From contig CANQVB010000002.1 in assembly GCA_947627225.1 (NCBI GenBank), forward strand, positions 1 through 56,040: a stretch of 56,040 nucleotides of DNA, read 5' to 3'. Below the pieces are notes generated by a model, which worked only from the letters and a program-made list of their open reading frames with translations, was not told the DNA's origin and ran no database searches. Origin of the DNA: an uncultured Bacilli bacterium. GTDB lineage: Bacteria; Bacillota_I; Bacilli_A; RF39; UBA660. Each line of letters begins with the position of its first letter. The stretch's first letter is position 1. A program made the translations under genes and the position numbers. Of the stretch, positions 45,090-54,931 are shown in pieces.

Positions 45090-47901
45090 TTTTAGTAAAA
45101 TAGAAAAGAAATGGCAAACTTATTGGAAGGAGCATCAGACATTTAAGACAGATGTGTGGGATTTTAGTAAGCCAAAATTCTATGTGCTTGATATGTTTCC
45201 ATATCCAAGTGGAGTTGGCCTTCATGCAGGGCATGTAGAAGGTTATACTGCGACGGATATTGTCTCTCGCATGAAAAGAATGCAAGGCTATAATGTCCTT
45301 CATCCAATGGGATATGATTCGTTTGGACTTCCTGCAGAACAATATGCTGTCCAGACTGGAAACCATCCCAGTCAATTTACGGAGAAAAACATTGCGTATT
45401 TTAGTGAACAGTTAAATACGCTTGGCTTTGATTATGATTGGAGCAAGATGGTGGCAACCAGTGATCCTAAATTTTATAAATGGACCCAGTGGATTTTTAA
45501 AAACCTTTATCAAGATGGTTATGCGAAGTATGTAGATATGCCAGTCAATTGGTGTGAAGCACTGGGTACAGTTCTTTCCAATGATGAAGTTGTCGATGGA
45601 AAATCAGAACGTGGAGGATACCCTGTTGTTCGCAAGAACATGAAACAACTTTGTATTGACCAACCTGCCTTTGCCGAAAAACTTCTAGAAGGCCTTGAAG
45701 AAATTGATTGGCCAGAATCTACCAAAGAAATGCAAAGAAACTGGATTGGAAAGTCAATTGGTGCCCATGTCACGTTTAAAATTGCAGGACATGAAAAAGA
45801 ATTTACAGTATTTACAACACGTTGTGATACTTTGTTTGGCGCGACTTATTGTGTTCTAGCGCCGGAGCATGCTTATGTGGATGAAATTACCACTGAAGAA
45901 CATAAAAAAGAAGTGGAAGCATATAAACAAGCTTGTGCTTCTAAAAGTGATTTGGAACGGACGGAGTTAAACAAAGACAAGACAGGTGTCTTTACAGGGG
46001 CTTATGCCATCAACCCTGTCAATGAAGAAAAAATTCCAATTTATATCAGTGACTATGTACTGGCAAGTTATGGAACAGGTGCGATTATGGCAGTACCTGC
46101 ACATGATGACAGAGATTATGAATTTGCAAAGAAGTTTGGTATTCCCATTATCCAGGTTCTAGAAGAAGTGACCGGAACACCCCATGAAAATGAGACAAAA
46201 AAGGAATCCATTGTGGCAGTTGTTTACAATCCAAAAACGAAAAAGTATTTAACGATCAATTGGCATGAAAAAGGGGGCCGTCTTTTTATTGGGGGTACAA
46301 GAAAAGAAAACGAAGATGCCTTATCTTGTGCAATTCGTGAAATTCAAGAAGAAACAGGATACAAAAACGTAGAATGCATTGCAGAACTTCCTAAGATAGA
46401 GCACCATTATTATGCTTATAATAAGGACAAGTATTTTGGTATTGAAAGTACAGGTTTCTTCTTCCATTTAAAAGATGAGGAGCAAGTTGAAAAACAATTA
46501 GATGAAGATGAAGTATTCGATGTTGAATGGGTTGATGAAAAGAAAGTAGAAGAAATTCAGGATGAACTACATCAAAAAACGTACCAATATGCCAAAAATC
46601 CAGGTGCCATGACGAAAGATGGAACGCATATCCATTCTAAGTTCTTAAACGGAATGAACAAGCAAGAAGCGATTGATGCAATGGTAAAATGGTTAGAAGA
46701 ACATCACTGTGGAAGTAGAAAAGTAAACTATAAATTCCGGGAATGGATTTTTGCACGCCAAAGATACTGGGGAGAACCTGTTCCGATTGTACACTTAGAA
46801 GATGGTACAGATTACGTTTTAGAAGATGCGGAACTTCCCCTTGTTTTACCAGAACTTGCTGACTATAAAGGACATCATGGAAAAGCACCTTTGGAAAATG
46901 CAACCGAATGGAAGCAATATACGACCAAAGATGGAAGAAGTGGAACAAGGGAGACTTCCACAATGCCAGGAAGTGCTGGTTCTAGTTGGTATTACTTCCG
47001 CTATATCGACCCAGAAAATGAGAAGATATTTTGTGATCCAAAACTAGCAGAGCACTGGCTTCCTGTCGATCTTTATATGGGAGGTCCAGAACATGCGGTA
47101 GGACACTTAATGTATTCAAGGATTTGGAATCGCTATCTTTATGACAAGGGGTTATCTCCTGTCAAAGAGCCTTTCAAAAAGTTAGTCCATCAGGGAATGA
47201 TTTTAGGTGAGAATGGAATCAAAATGGGAAAGCGATATCCAGAGTATGCCATTGATCCAAAAGACATTGCCAAAGAATATGGTGCCGATACACTTCGCTT
47301 ATATGAAATGTTTATGGGGCCTATCGAAGCTTCAAAACCATGGAGTGCAAGTGGCGTAGAAGGGGCTAAGAAATTTATAGACCGTGTCTTCCGATTCTTT
47401 ACAAATCTTGAAAATTTAACCGAAGAAAATGATGGTACTCTTACAAAGATTTATCATCAAACTGTCAAAAAAGTGACCGAAGACTTTGAAAGTCTTGGTT
47501 TCAATACTGCCATCAGTCAAATGATGATTTTTGTAAACGAGTGTTACAAAGTAGGAAAGTGTCCGAAAGAATATGCAGAAAAGTTTATTCAAATGATGAG
47601 TTGTATCACCCCACATATAGGAGAAGAGATTTGGGAACTTTACGGACACAAAGAAACCATTGCCTATGAACCATGGCCTGTTTATGATGAAAAATATTTA
47701 GTAGAAGATGAAAAAGAAATTGCTGTTCAAGTCAATGGAAAAGTAAGAGCAACGATTCTAGTTAAAGAAGAGGATACAGACCAAGAAATTGAAGCAAAGG
47801 CAATGGAAGAAGCCAATGTGAAAAGACACATTGAAGGCAAACAAATTGTAAAAGTAATTGTAATCAAAGGACGAATTTGTAACATTGTCGTTAAGGAGTA
47901 G
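45082..47901 (+). CDS. leuS: Leucyl-tRNA synthetase with inserted Nudix domain (939 aa)
   Basis: [15 protein letters not shown] start, HAGHVEGY (HIGH), CP1 editing motifs, [17 protein letters not shown] in place of KMSKS. Start at ATG 45082 rather than TTG 45046. Confidence 0.92.
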   Translation: MYDFSKIEKKWQTYWKEHQTFKTDVWDFSKPKFYVLDMFPYPSGVGLHAGHVEGYTATDIVSRMKRMQGYNVLHPMGYDSFGLPAEQYAVQTGNHPSQFTEKNIAYFSEQLNTLGFDYDWSKMVATSDPKFYKWTQWIFKNLYQDGYAKYVDMPVNWCEALGTVLSNDEVVDGKSERGGYPVVRKNMKQLCIDQPAFAEKLLEGLEEIDWPESTKEMQRNWIGKSIGAHVTFKIAGHEKEFTVFTTRCDTLFGATYCVLAPEHAYVDEITTEEHKKEVEAYKQACASKSDLERTELNKDKTGVFTGAYAINPVNEEKIPIYISDYVLASYGTGAIMAVPAHDDRDYEFAKKFGIPIIQVLEEVTGTPHENETKKESIVAVVYNPKTKKYLTINWHEKGGRLFIGGTRKENEDALSCAIREIQEETGYKNVECIAELPKIEHHYYAYNKDKYFGIESTGFFFHLKDEEQVEKQLDEDEVFDVEWVDEKKVEEIQDELHQKTYQYAKNPGAMTKDGTHIHSKFLNGMNKQEAIDAMVKWLEEHHCGSRKVNYKFREWIFARQRYWGEPVPIVHLEDGTDYVLEDAELPLVLPELADYKGHHGKAPLENATEWKQYTTKDGRSGTRETSTMPGSAGSSWYYFRYIDPENEKIFCDPKLAEHWLPVDLYMGGPEHAVGHLMYSRIWNRYLYDKGLSPVKEPFKKLVHQGMILGENGIKMGKRYPEYAIDPKDIAKEYGADTLRLYEMFMGPIEASKPWSASGVEGAKKFIDRVFRFFTNLENLTEENDGTLTKIYHQTVKKVTEDFESLGFNTAISQMMIFVNECYKVGKCPKEYAEKFIQMMSCITPHIGEEIWELYGHKETIAYEPWPVYDEKYLVEDEKEIAVQVNGKVRATILVKEEDTDQEIEAKAMEEANVKRHIEGKQIVKVIVIKGRICNIVVKE
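46162..46602 (+). other. Nudix hydrolase domain inserted in-frame in LeuRS
   Basis: Nudix box [24 protein letters not shown] (46294..46362 from the second G) fits Gx5Ex7REUxEExGU exactly. Flanked by [18 protein letters not shown] and [11 protein letters not shown]. Confidence 0.8.
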
Positions 47902-47913
47902 GAGGTTCAAAGG

Positions 47914-48810
47914 ATGGGGTTTCAGTACAAATTTGATATCGAAGGAAAAGTCTATGATTTAATTCCAAATTACCCACAAGAAAATACAATTGATTTGAAT
48001 GTACTAAATCAACTTTGTTATCTATTTCGTTATGAGCAAGAAACATACAAAAAGCCAAAACAAAGAGAAGAGGATACCTTTCAAAACTATCAAGGATATA
48101 TAGAACATCTTTTAAAAACAAGGCAAGATGAGATTATTCAAGAAATTCATTGTGGTTGCTATGAAAAAGAGGTCTTACAGCAAATGAAGGGTAGAGAAGA
48201 CATCTTATTTCAATACCTATTTCAAAAAGAAAAATTATCTTTGTCCGCCATGAATGCGCAAAAAATATTTGATTTTTATGCATGCACGGAAAGTGATTGT
48301 AGTAAATCCTTACTATCGCTAGAAGGTGCTATGTTACTAGGTGAAACATGGATGCCCAAAAATCTTGCTATCACACTTTTAAAAAAACAGATGACAAAAG
48401 AAAAAGAACTGAAAACACGCTTTTTAAATGGTCGCATGCTCCTTCTTCTTCGAGGGGAATATAAAAGCAAGATAAAACAAGAAGTCTTAAGAACATATTC
48501 TAATGCGGAGTTTATGGAAGAAAAAAAGAATTTTGAACGGTTTTATAGAGGACTTTCTCTTGCAGTAGCCATTTTACAAGAAACGAAAGTAAATACGGAA
48601 ACTGCATTTAGCTGTCCAAAAGAAGAACCCTTTTGTGAAGAATATGTAGAAGCTTCCAAAATTTTACCCTTGAATACAGGAAACCAGCTTTTACTCAAAA
48701 TGACACGAACGCTTTCTCTTTTAGAAGAAGAGGAAAAGAAAAGAAAACGCCCACTGGTTGTGCCTGTTCATAAAAGACACTATAGCCCATCTTTTCAGGG
48801 AAAAATGTGA
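47914..48810 (+). CDS. Hypothetical protein (298 aa)
   Basis: GGAGG RBS, 12 nt after leuS. No family recognised. Confidence 0.5.
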   Translation: MGFQYKFDIEGKVYDLIPNYPQENTIDLNVLNQLCYLFRYEQETYKKPKQREEDTFQNYQGYIEHLLKTRQDEIIQEIHCGCYEKEVLQQMKGREDILFQYLFQKEKLSLSAMNAQKIFDFYACTESDCSKSLLSLEGAMLLGETWMPKNLAITLLKKQMTKEKELKTRFLNGRMLLLLRGEYKSKIKQEVLRTYSNAEFMEEKKNFERFYRGLSLAVAILQETKVNTETAFSCPKEEPFCEEYVEASKILPLNTGNQLLLKMTRTLSLLEEEEKKRKRPLVVPVHKRHYSPSFQGKM

Positions 48811-48825
48811 AAAAGGAGGATTTAG

Positions 48826-49446
48826 ATGGAAAAAGAATACAATACGAATGTAGAAATCACACGGTATGATGTAGACTGGCTACGCATTAAATCTGCTTGC
48901 ATGACAACGATTAGTAAAATTGCAGGGAGTAAAGAACCATCTATAGAATGGAAGAAAAAATTACTCATCTGTAGGCATTCGCCCATTCGAAGAGGTGAAG
49001 TGAGTTGGAAGTGGGAGGAGATTCCATATGCAATGAGTACCCATTTTGCAAGACACCATGAAGGCTGTGAAAAATTTATAGGAACAGAAAGGGAAGATCG
49101 CACCAATACCCCTCGCGAAGAAAGAAGTCAAATGAATCTAGTTCCTATGGAAATGGATGCGAATTTAAATGCCTTAATGAGCATTTCTGAAAGAAGACTT
49201 TGTATGTGTGCGGATCCAACAACACGCAAATATTGGGAAGCCGTTGTGGATGAAATTAGAAAATATAGTGAAGTGGTTGCTTGGTCTTTGGTACCACAAT
49301 GTGTTCGTTGTGGAGGGTGTGTAGAAATGTTTGGCAATTGTCAATTCTATGCCAATACGATGCAAGGAATTACTTTAGAAGAACAAATGGATGTCATGAA
49401 GCGCTATGACATTTATAACCAAAGGGTGCGAAAGTTAGTCATCTAA
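48826..49446 (+). CDS. Hypothetical protein, possibly a divergent ThyX-fold homologue
   Basis: CRHSPIRRGEVSWKWEEIPYAMSTHFARHH aligns by eye with the ThyX HETPFEH..F.F....P.FV.RQ..RHR segment, but the RHRxxSxxxxSxR motif is not intact. Cys-rich C-terminus. Confidence 0.35.
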   Translation: MEKEYNTNVEITRYDVDWLRIKSACMTTISKIAGSKEPSIEWKKKLLICRHSPIRRGEVSWKWEEIPYAMSTHFARHHEGCEKFIGTEREDRTNTPREERSQMNLVPMEMDANLNALMSISERRLCMCADPTTRKYWEAVVDEIRKYSEVVAWSLVPQCVRCGGCVEMFGNCQFYANTMQGITLEEQMDVMKRYDIYNQRVRKLVI

Positions 49447-49455
49447 TAAGAAGAA

Positions 49456-49490
49456 AAAGATTTCGACAATTTTTGTGGAAATCTTTTTTT
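49456..49490 (+). terminator. Rho-independent terminator
   Basis: AAAGATTTC-13 nt-GAAATCTTT followed by a T-run. Confidence 0.7.
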
Positions 49491-49511
49491 ATACTAGATT
49501 TGGTGAATTCT

Positions 49512-49688
49512 ATGAAAGTAAAATTATTTGATTATGAAGATGAAGTAGATTTAGAAAAAGATATGAACGAATTTTTAGATGATTTAGAAGGGGAAGTCAT
49601 TGACATCAAATACCAAATTAATAGCTTTGCGCAAGGGGAAGAACAAATTTATTCCTTTTCTGCAATGATTATTTACTATCCCAAGTAA
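49512..49688 (+). CDS. Sporulation protein Cse60-like (58 aa)
   Basis: MKVKLFDYEDEVDLEKDMNEFL...VIDIKYQ...EQIYSFSAMIIY matches the Cse60/YteV pattern as I recall it. Start at ATG 49512. Confidence 0.6.
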   Translation: MKVKLFDYEDEVDLEKDMNEFLDDLEGEVIDIKYQINSFAQGEEQIYSFSAMIIYYPK

Positions 49689-49695
49689 AAATAAC

Positions 49696-49726
49696 AAAAA
49701 AACCAACCCTTGATTTAGGATGGTTT
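49696..49726 (-). terminator. Terminator candidate for the minus-strand FemAB gene
   Basis: AACCAACC...GGATGGTT stem (one mismatch), followed on the minus strand by T7. Confidence 0.5.
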
Positions 49727-49751
49727 AAAAGAGAATTTGGAATGACCTATT

Positions 49752-51041
49752 CTAGAGTTTTTCCTTACGAATCATTTTAATTCCATAGTAGTGTGGGAAG
49801 AAGTGCTTTAGGGTTGAATATAAAAAAGTATCTAGAACGTAATCAAACTCTCCCACTAATTCTACCACTTCTCCACCGAAGTTTCGTTTGTAGGCATAGC
49901 TTCCATACATGGGACTATCTTCTCTGAAGTCTCCTGAAATTTCATAGAGATTGTATAGATTATAACCCTGCTCTTTGGCATATCGAATCATTTCATAATG
50001 AAGGGTGACAGAAGCATCTAAATTTTTCCATTCTTCAAAAACTCCACCATGAAGTGAAATGACTTCATTTCCATAGAGAATGAAGAAGTATCCCCCTAAA
50101 AGAATGGTTTCTCCATGTTCTTGTAAAACGGTTTGGTAGGCTTCCTTTTTCTCTTCTAAGACTTGAATGAGGTCTTCTTGTTGGGCCTCTTTTTTTTGAT
50201 AAGTTTCTTCGTTCATGTGAAGAACTGCATCTTTTTGAAACGCACGATTGAAGTAACTTTTTTTCTGTGCTTCAATCTCTTGTTCTAAAGAAGCAATGGC
50301 CTCTTTGGGATGAAGCTCTACGACGACCATTTTTAAAGCATCCTTTGGAAAGGCATCCAGTAAATCTTCATAGTAATGATTGGTGTATTCCAGGGTATGA
50401 TATTTGTCGCTCACTTCTTTCATAATGGCTACAAATTGTGGAAGTTCTTCTTTCTTAAGAAACCGTATTTGAATTCCTTCTCGCGCATTTCGATGAACAA
50501 TTTGCCGAGTCTTTTCGCGCATCTGTTTTTCTAAATCTTCCATACTCTGATTTTGAAGATCAATTGCATAAAGCCATCTAGGTTGTACCATGTTTCGTTT
50601 AAAATCATCCCCAACATGCATAAATCCTAATTTTTCGAGTCGTTCTACAATACGGGTGTTGTCTTTTCCACCTTCTAACAATTCACCATCTTTGTCTCGT
50701 TTATGAAAGGGAAGGTAAGGATCGATTTTTAAGTAAATGCCACGTTTTTCTTTAACAAAACGAGTCACTTCTTTGGTAAAATTTGTAAGCAATTCTTCCT
50801 TGTCATAATCCAGCAAGAAACCACGAGGGGCGTAGAAATAACGCTTTTTAAAAAATTTTGTATCTTGAGAAAAAAGCACCGTCGCTGCCAGGATGTCCTC
50901 TTTTTCTTTATATCCTAAAAAGTAAGGATGCCATCCATCTTTTTCCATAAATTTTGCCCAGTAAGAACTCTGTTGAAAATTATTATGTTGCTGTTTTTCA
51001 GCAAATTCATCAAACTCTTTCTTCTTTAATTCTACAAGCAT
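49752..51041 (-). CDS. FemAB-family peptidoglycan interpeptide-bridge aminoacyltransferase
   Basis: 429 aa. FemAB layout with two GNAT-like halves separated by a coiled-coil insert. FQQSSYWAKF...YAPRGFLLDY...YLYGGVF-type motifs. Confidence 0.8.
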   Translation of the reverse strand: MLVELKKKEFDEFAEKQQHNNFQQSSYWAKFMEKDGWHPYFLGYKEKEDILAATVLFSQDTKFFKKRYFYAPRGFLLDYDKEELLTNFTKEVTRFVKEKRGIYLKIDPYLPFHKRDKDGELLEGGKDNTRIVERLEKLGFMHVGDDFKRNMVQPRWLYAIDLQNQSMEDLEKQMREKTRQIVHRNAREGIQIRFLKKEELPQFVAIMKEVSDKYHTLEYTNHYYEDLLDAFPKDALKMVVVELHPKEAIASLEQEIEAQKKSYFNRAFQKDAVLHMNEETYQKKEAQQEDLIQVLEEKKEAYQTVLQEHGETILLGGYFFILYGNEVISLHGGVFEEWKNLDASVTLHYEMIRYAKEQGYNLYNLYEISGDFREDSPMYGSYAYKRNFGGEVVELVGEFDYVLDTFLYSTLKHFFPHYYGIKMIRKEKL

Positions 51042-51193
51042 AAATGAAAACTCCTTCCCTTTTTATCTTAGCTATTCTATAGTCCATTATACTGGATTTT
51101 TCTTTCTAGAACAACATTTTTTGCAAATCCCTAAACAGTAAAAATGAAGGGAATGAACGCTTGTTATTTTGGAAACAATAGAAATAGCAGTGT

Positions 51194-51222
51194 TTGACTT
51201 GCGTTTTAGAAAACGATATACT
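51194..51222 (+). promoter_or_regulatory. SigmaA-type promoter candidate
   Basis: TTGACT-17 nt-TATACT. Confidence 0.55.
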
Positions 51223-51256
51223 AAACATGAAAACAAAATAAGAAAGAAGGAATAGT

Positions 51257-52525
51257 ATGCTTCAGGAGGTTTCTTTCGAAGAATTTCAAAAATTTGCGGA
51301 AAAAGAGCCCCTTTATACCTTCCATCAAACGAAGGAATGGGCTGAATTAAAAGAAAAAAATGGGTGGAGTCATGTCTTTCTTCTTTACACAAAGGGGAAG
51401 AAAAAAGCAGGAGCGCTTCTTCTTTTAAAGCCACTTTTATTAGGAAAGAAAATGTGCTATAGCCCTAGAGGATTTTTACTGGATTACGAAGACAGAGATT
51501 TGGTAAAAGATTTTACAGATGCACTTAAAACGTATTTGAAAAAGAAAGGTGCTATTTTTGTAAAGATTGACCCCCCGCTTCTTTTAAATGAACGCGATAA
51601 AGAAGGGGCTTTGATAGAAAATGGAATCGACCATCATGATGTTGTTACAGATTTAAAGTCTTTGGGTTATATACACTATGGGTTTCAAAAGGACATTGAA
51701 AAAGAACTCCAACCAAGATGGGTGTTTGTGCTTCCCTTAAAGGATAAGAGCGAAGAAGAACTTTATGCACACTTTGATTCGAGGACAAAAAGGTCTCTTA
51801 AAAAGTGCGAAAAAGAAGGTCTAGTAGTCGAAGAGATGCAGGAAGATGAGATTTCTCTTTTTAAAGCCATTATGGAGCACACTTCAAGTCGTCGTGGTTT
51901 TTTAGATCGTCCGCTTTCTTATTACCAAAACTTAAAAGCCATTTTAAAAGAACATTGTATCGTTTTACTTTGTTATTTAGATTGTAAAAAAGCAAGGCAA
52001 TCTTTAAAGGAACAAAAGGAAGAACAAGAAAAAAAGAGGGAAGCTTGCGACAAGCAGAAAGAAAGCAAAAAATACGAAAAAACATGCCAAGAAATTGAAG
52101 AACGTCTTTCTGGAATTACTGCCAAAATGGAAGCACTTTCAAGCTTAGAAAAGGAAAAAGGAAGTAAAATTTTACTGGGTGGTTCTATGTTCTTACAGTA
52201 TGGAAGAGAAACAACCTATCTTTTTGGAGGGAGTTTTCAAGAATTTATGCAGTATCCAAGCCAGTATCTCATCCAGTGGGAATCGATTCAGAGGGCTTTA
52301 AAAAAAGGATGTACACTTTATAACTTCTATGGTATTGATGGAAACTTTGACACAAAGGGAAAGATGCATGGGATTTATGAGTTTAAACGAGGCTTTGATG
52401 GAGAAGTAAGAGAATATATTGGAGAGTTTGATCTTCCGATTTCTAAAGGGTTTTACCGCCTTTATAAAATCGCCTTTTCTTGTTATAAGAAGATAAAAAA
52501 TCGAGGAACAAAAAAGAAGAGTTAG
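51257..52525 (+). CDS. FemAB-family peptidoglycan interpeptide-bridge aminoacyltransferase (second paralogue)
   Basis: 422 aa. FHQTKEWAELK...YSPRGFLLDY...YLFGGSF. Divergent from the first paralogue. Confidence 0.8.
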   Translation: MLQEVSFEEFQKFAEKEPLYTFHQTKEWAELKEKNGWSHVFLLYTKGKKKAGALLLLKPLLLGKKMCYSPRGFLLDYEDRDLVKDFTDALKTYLKKKGAIFVKIDPPLLLNERDKEGALIENGIDHHDVVTDLKSLGYIHYGFQKDIEKELQPRWVFVLPLKDKSEEELYAHFDSRTKRSLKKCEKEGLVVEEMQEDEISLFKAIMEHTSSRRGFLDRPLSYYQNLKAILKEHCIVLLCYLDCKKARQSLKEQKEEQEKKREACDKQKESKKYEKTCQEIEERLSGITAKMEALSSLEKEKGSKILLGGSMFLQYGRETTYLFGGSFQEFMQYPSQYLIQWESIQRALKKGCTLYNFYGIDGNFDTKGKMHGIYEFKRGFDGEVREYIGEFDLPISKGFYRLYKIAFSCYKKIKNRGTKKKS

Positions 52526-54621
52526 TGTTTTTCTTCAAAATAGAAAGCACCAATCTCTTCTTTTTGAATGTCTTGTAAAATTTCTTCAATATGATGGCGT
52601 TCACTTTTAGAAAGTGGAAAGCAAGAAAGATGCCCTCCATTTGTAAAAAGGTGATAATTCTTTTCGAAGGCAAGCACTTCACGCCAGGAAGAAAGGCCTG
52701 TCTCAAAGCCATTGCTGTAAGCCTCTTTTTCTGTAATGCCTTTATGCTTTCCATAAATGGCTGTATCAACTTGGTTAAAATGCTTACAAACTTCAGGAAC
52801 TTTTTTTGCAGATAATGTAAAGTTTAAGTTATATAAATTGCTGTAAGATTTCACTTTTTCTTTCATTTGATGGAGAATTTTGGTAGCGAGTGTCTCTGTT
52901 TCTTTTTGACTTCTTTTTTGGTTTGTAAGGGAATATAAAGCTTCTTCTAGTCCTACAAAGTGAATGGCAAGCGTTCCATGTTTCAATACTTTTCGAAGAC
53001 GGTCGATATCTTTTAAATTCTTTCCATCTTGCCAGATGTTTTGCAAAAGAAGCAAAGGAAATTGATAACAATGTTTGTTACAAAGTGCTTCAAAATAAGA
53101 AAGGAGAGCATCTTTTGCTAAGTCAAGGGATTGCTCGAGCAAGTCTAAAAAATAGGTTTTGACATCGATTTTGGCATCCTTTGCTTTCTCTTCTTGTGCT
53201 TTGAAAGCAAGTCGTGGTAGATTGATAGAACAAGTAAATAGATTTCCCTTTCCACCCATCACTCTAGCATCCTGTGTTGTTGTATCATCTACAACCCTCC
53301 CACCATCTTGGAAATAGCAAACTTCTGTAGTGGGATCTTCCTTTTTATAAAGGTTTTTGTTCGCCTTCATTTCCAGATTGGTAAATCGAAATTTAGAAGA
53401 GATGAGCGAAAGTGCAAGGTAGCTTTTGGTAAGGTCATAGTTTGGATCCGTTTCCTTACAGTTACAGTTTTTCTTCAGTTTCCACATATAACTAGGTACG
53501 GTGCGCATGTCTTCTTTTTCCACTTCCAAAAGCGTTTCCATAAAAAGTCTTCCTTCTTTTGTTTCGTTTGTACCAAGACCAATAGTAATGATAGGAAAAG
53601 ACATGCCTTTATCATAAATGGAGTTCAGGTTCTTTAAAAACTGTGAAATGGCTTTCTTACATCTTAGTTTAGTTTTCTTTTGTGAAAGAAAAACGACTTT
53701 GCGAAATCCAAGTTGTAGCATTTCTGTCTTTGGATATAAAAGCGAAAGAGTAGATAAATCTGCATCAATGCTTTCAATTTTCTCAATTTCTTTTTCAATT
53801 CGATCCATACTTAAAAAAGCTTTGAATCCTGCATATTCTAAGAAAGAATTCATTTCTTGTAAGAGTGTTTCTTGATAGGTTTTAAGAAGATAAGAAGTGA
53901 CCGCATAATCTAAATTGGAAATCAAGATTTGACCGTATACTGAAGTGGATACAGATTTTAAAAGAAGAACTAGAAAGTCTAAGAATTCTTCGATATTTTT
54001 AGAGGAAGATTCTTTTTCATAAAGTTGAACGCCTTCTTTCTCGAGTCGTTCCACATCCAGTTCTATATTTTCAATGTTTCCAAGTGCAATGGATTCTAGA
54101 TGAGGGATTGCAATCTTTCCAGTATCGATGGCTCTTAAAATTTTTGTCTCAAGTAGATATGCTTTGGCAAACCCTGATGCAATGGTCGTACCGTAATGCA
54201 ACAGTCTTTCTTTGGGGCCCTCTTCTTTTTTTTCATCTTCCTGTGTATTAAGCCCTAATGCTTCAATCGATTTTAAAAATTTATGTTGCTGCTTGGTTAC
54301 AAACGCTTTTCGAGAGGCGCTTCGCTGTTCTCTATAGTTTTGAAAAGAATGAAAGACATCTTGGTATCCCATCTTTTCTAGCGTTTGTTCAATTAAATCT
54401 TGAATATCTTCAATTTGGATGGTTTTTCTCGTCATGTATTCTTGTAGAATCGTCTTTAAAACACTTTCATAGACTTTGTTCACATCTTCTTCTTGGTATG
54501 GATACTCGACGCTGTCAAAAGCTTTTTTGATGGCAATTGCAATTTTTTCTCCTTGAAAGGTGGTTCTTTGACCACTTCGTTTCACGACGACTAAAGTGTC
54601 AAATAATGTCGATTTTTCCAA
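52522..54621 (-). CDS. ATP-cone protein homologous to anaerobic ribonucleotide reductase NrdD but lacking the glycyl-radical C-terminus
   Basis: 699 aa. TTG start behind AGGGAGGTG. ATP-cone VVVKRSGQRTTFQGEKIAIAIKKAF. NrdD-like blocks FPIITIGLGTNE, DPNYDLTKSYLA, GNLFTCSINLPRLAF, FTNGGH. It ends about 25 aa after NGGH, with no CxxC pairs or RVxGY. Confidence 0.7.
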   Translation of the reverse strand: MEKSTLFDTLVVVKRSGQRTTFQGEKIAIAIKKAFDSVEYPYQEEDVNKVYESVLKTILQEYMTRKTIQIEDIQDLIEQTLEKMGYQDVFHSFQNYREQRSASRKAFVTKQQHKFLKSIEALGLNTQEDEKKEEGPKERLLHYGTTIASGFAKAYLLETKILRAIDTGKIAIPHLESIALGNIENIELDVERLEKEGVQLYEKESSSKNIEEFLDFLVLLLKSVSTSVYGQILISNLDYAVTSYLLKTYQETLLQEMNSFLEYAGFKAFLSMDRIEKEIEKIESIDADLSTLSLLYPKTEMLQLGFRKVVFLSQKKTKLRCKKAISQFLKNLNSIYDKGMSFPIITIGLGTNETKEGRLFMETLLEVEKEDMRTVPSYMWKLKKNCNCKETDPNYDLTKSYLALSLISSKFRFTNLEMKANKNLYKKEDPTTEVCYFQDGGRVVDDTTTQDARVMGGKGNLFTCSINLPRLAFKAQEEKAKDAKIDVKTYFLDLLEQSLDLAKDALLSYFEALCNKHCYQFPLLLLQNIWQDGKNLKDIDRLRKVLKHGTLAIHFVGLEEALYSLTNQKRSQKETETLATKILHQMKEKVKSYSNLYNLNFTLSAKKVPEVCKHFNQVDTAIYGKHKGITEKEAYSNGFETGLSSWREVLAFEKNYHLFTNGGHLSCFPLSKSERHHIEEILQDIQKEEIGAFYFEEKH

Positions 54622-54931
54622 AATTTTGACACCTCCCTTTAACTACTCTCATTATAGGTTAAAAAGCTTGATAAATCAAGGTGTTTCTTAAATAAGAATA
54701 AAAAACAGTCAAAAAAAACATTTTGTGAAAAGAAGGCAAAAAACGTTAAAAAAGTGTTATAAAATAAAGAAACGTTGAATTTTATAGAATAAGAAATGCG
54801 TATGTTTTTTTGTAAGATTTTTTGTGTAAATCGAACACAAATAAAAGTTTACAATTAGTAAAAAAAGAAGAAAAAGACAATTTGAAGGCATATAATCGTC
54901 TTAACGCATAAAAAATAAGGGAGTGAATGAA

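Noticed and set aside
51087-51434. 115-aa minus-strand ORF in the FemAB divergent region
   Set aside because: It overlaps the start of the plus-strand FemAB gene and its promoter. It has no RBS or recognisable fold.
54822-54840. Inverted repeat TTGTGT-AAATCGA-ACACAA (and CTTGAT-AA-ATCAAG at 54667..54680) as NrdR boxes upstream of nrdD
   Set aside because: The arm orientation and sequence do not fit the NrdR consensus (acaCwAtATaTwGtgt) as I recall it. It may still be an operator for another factor, but I cannot support a call.
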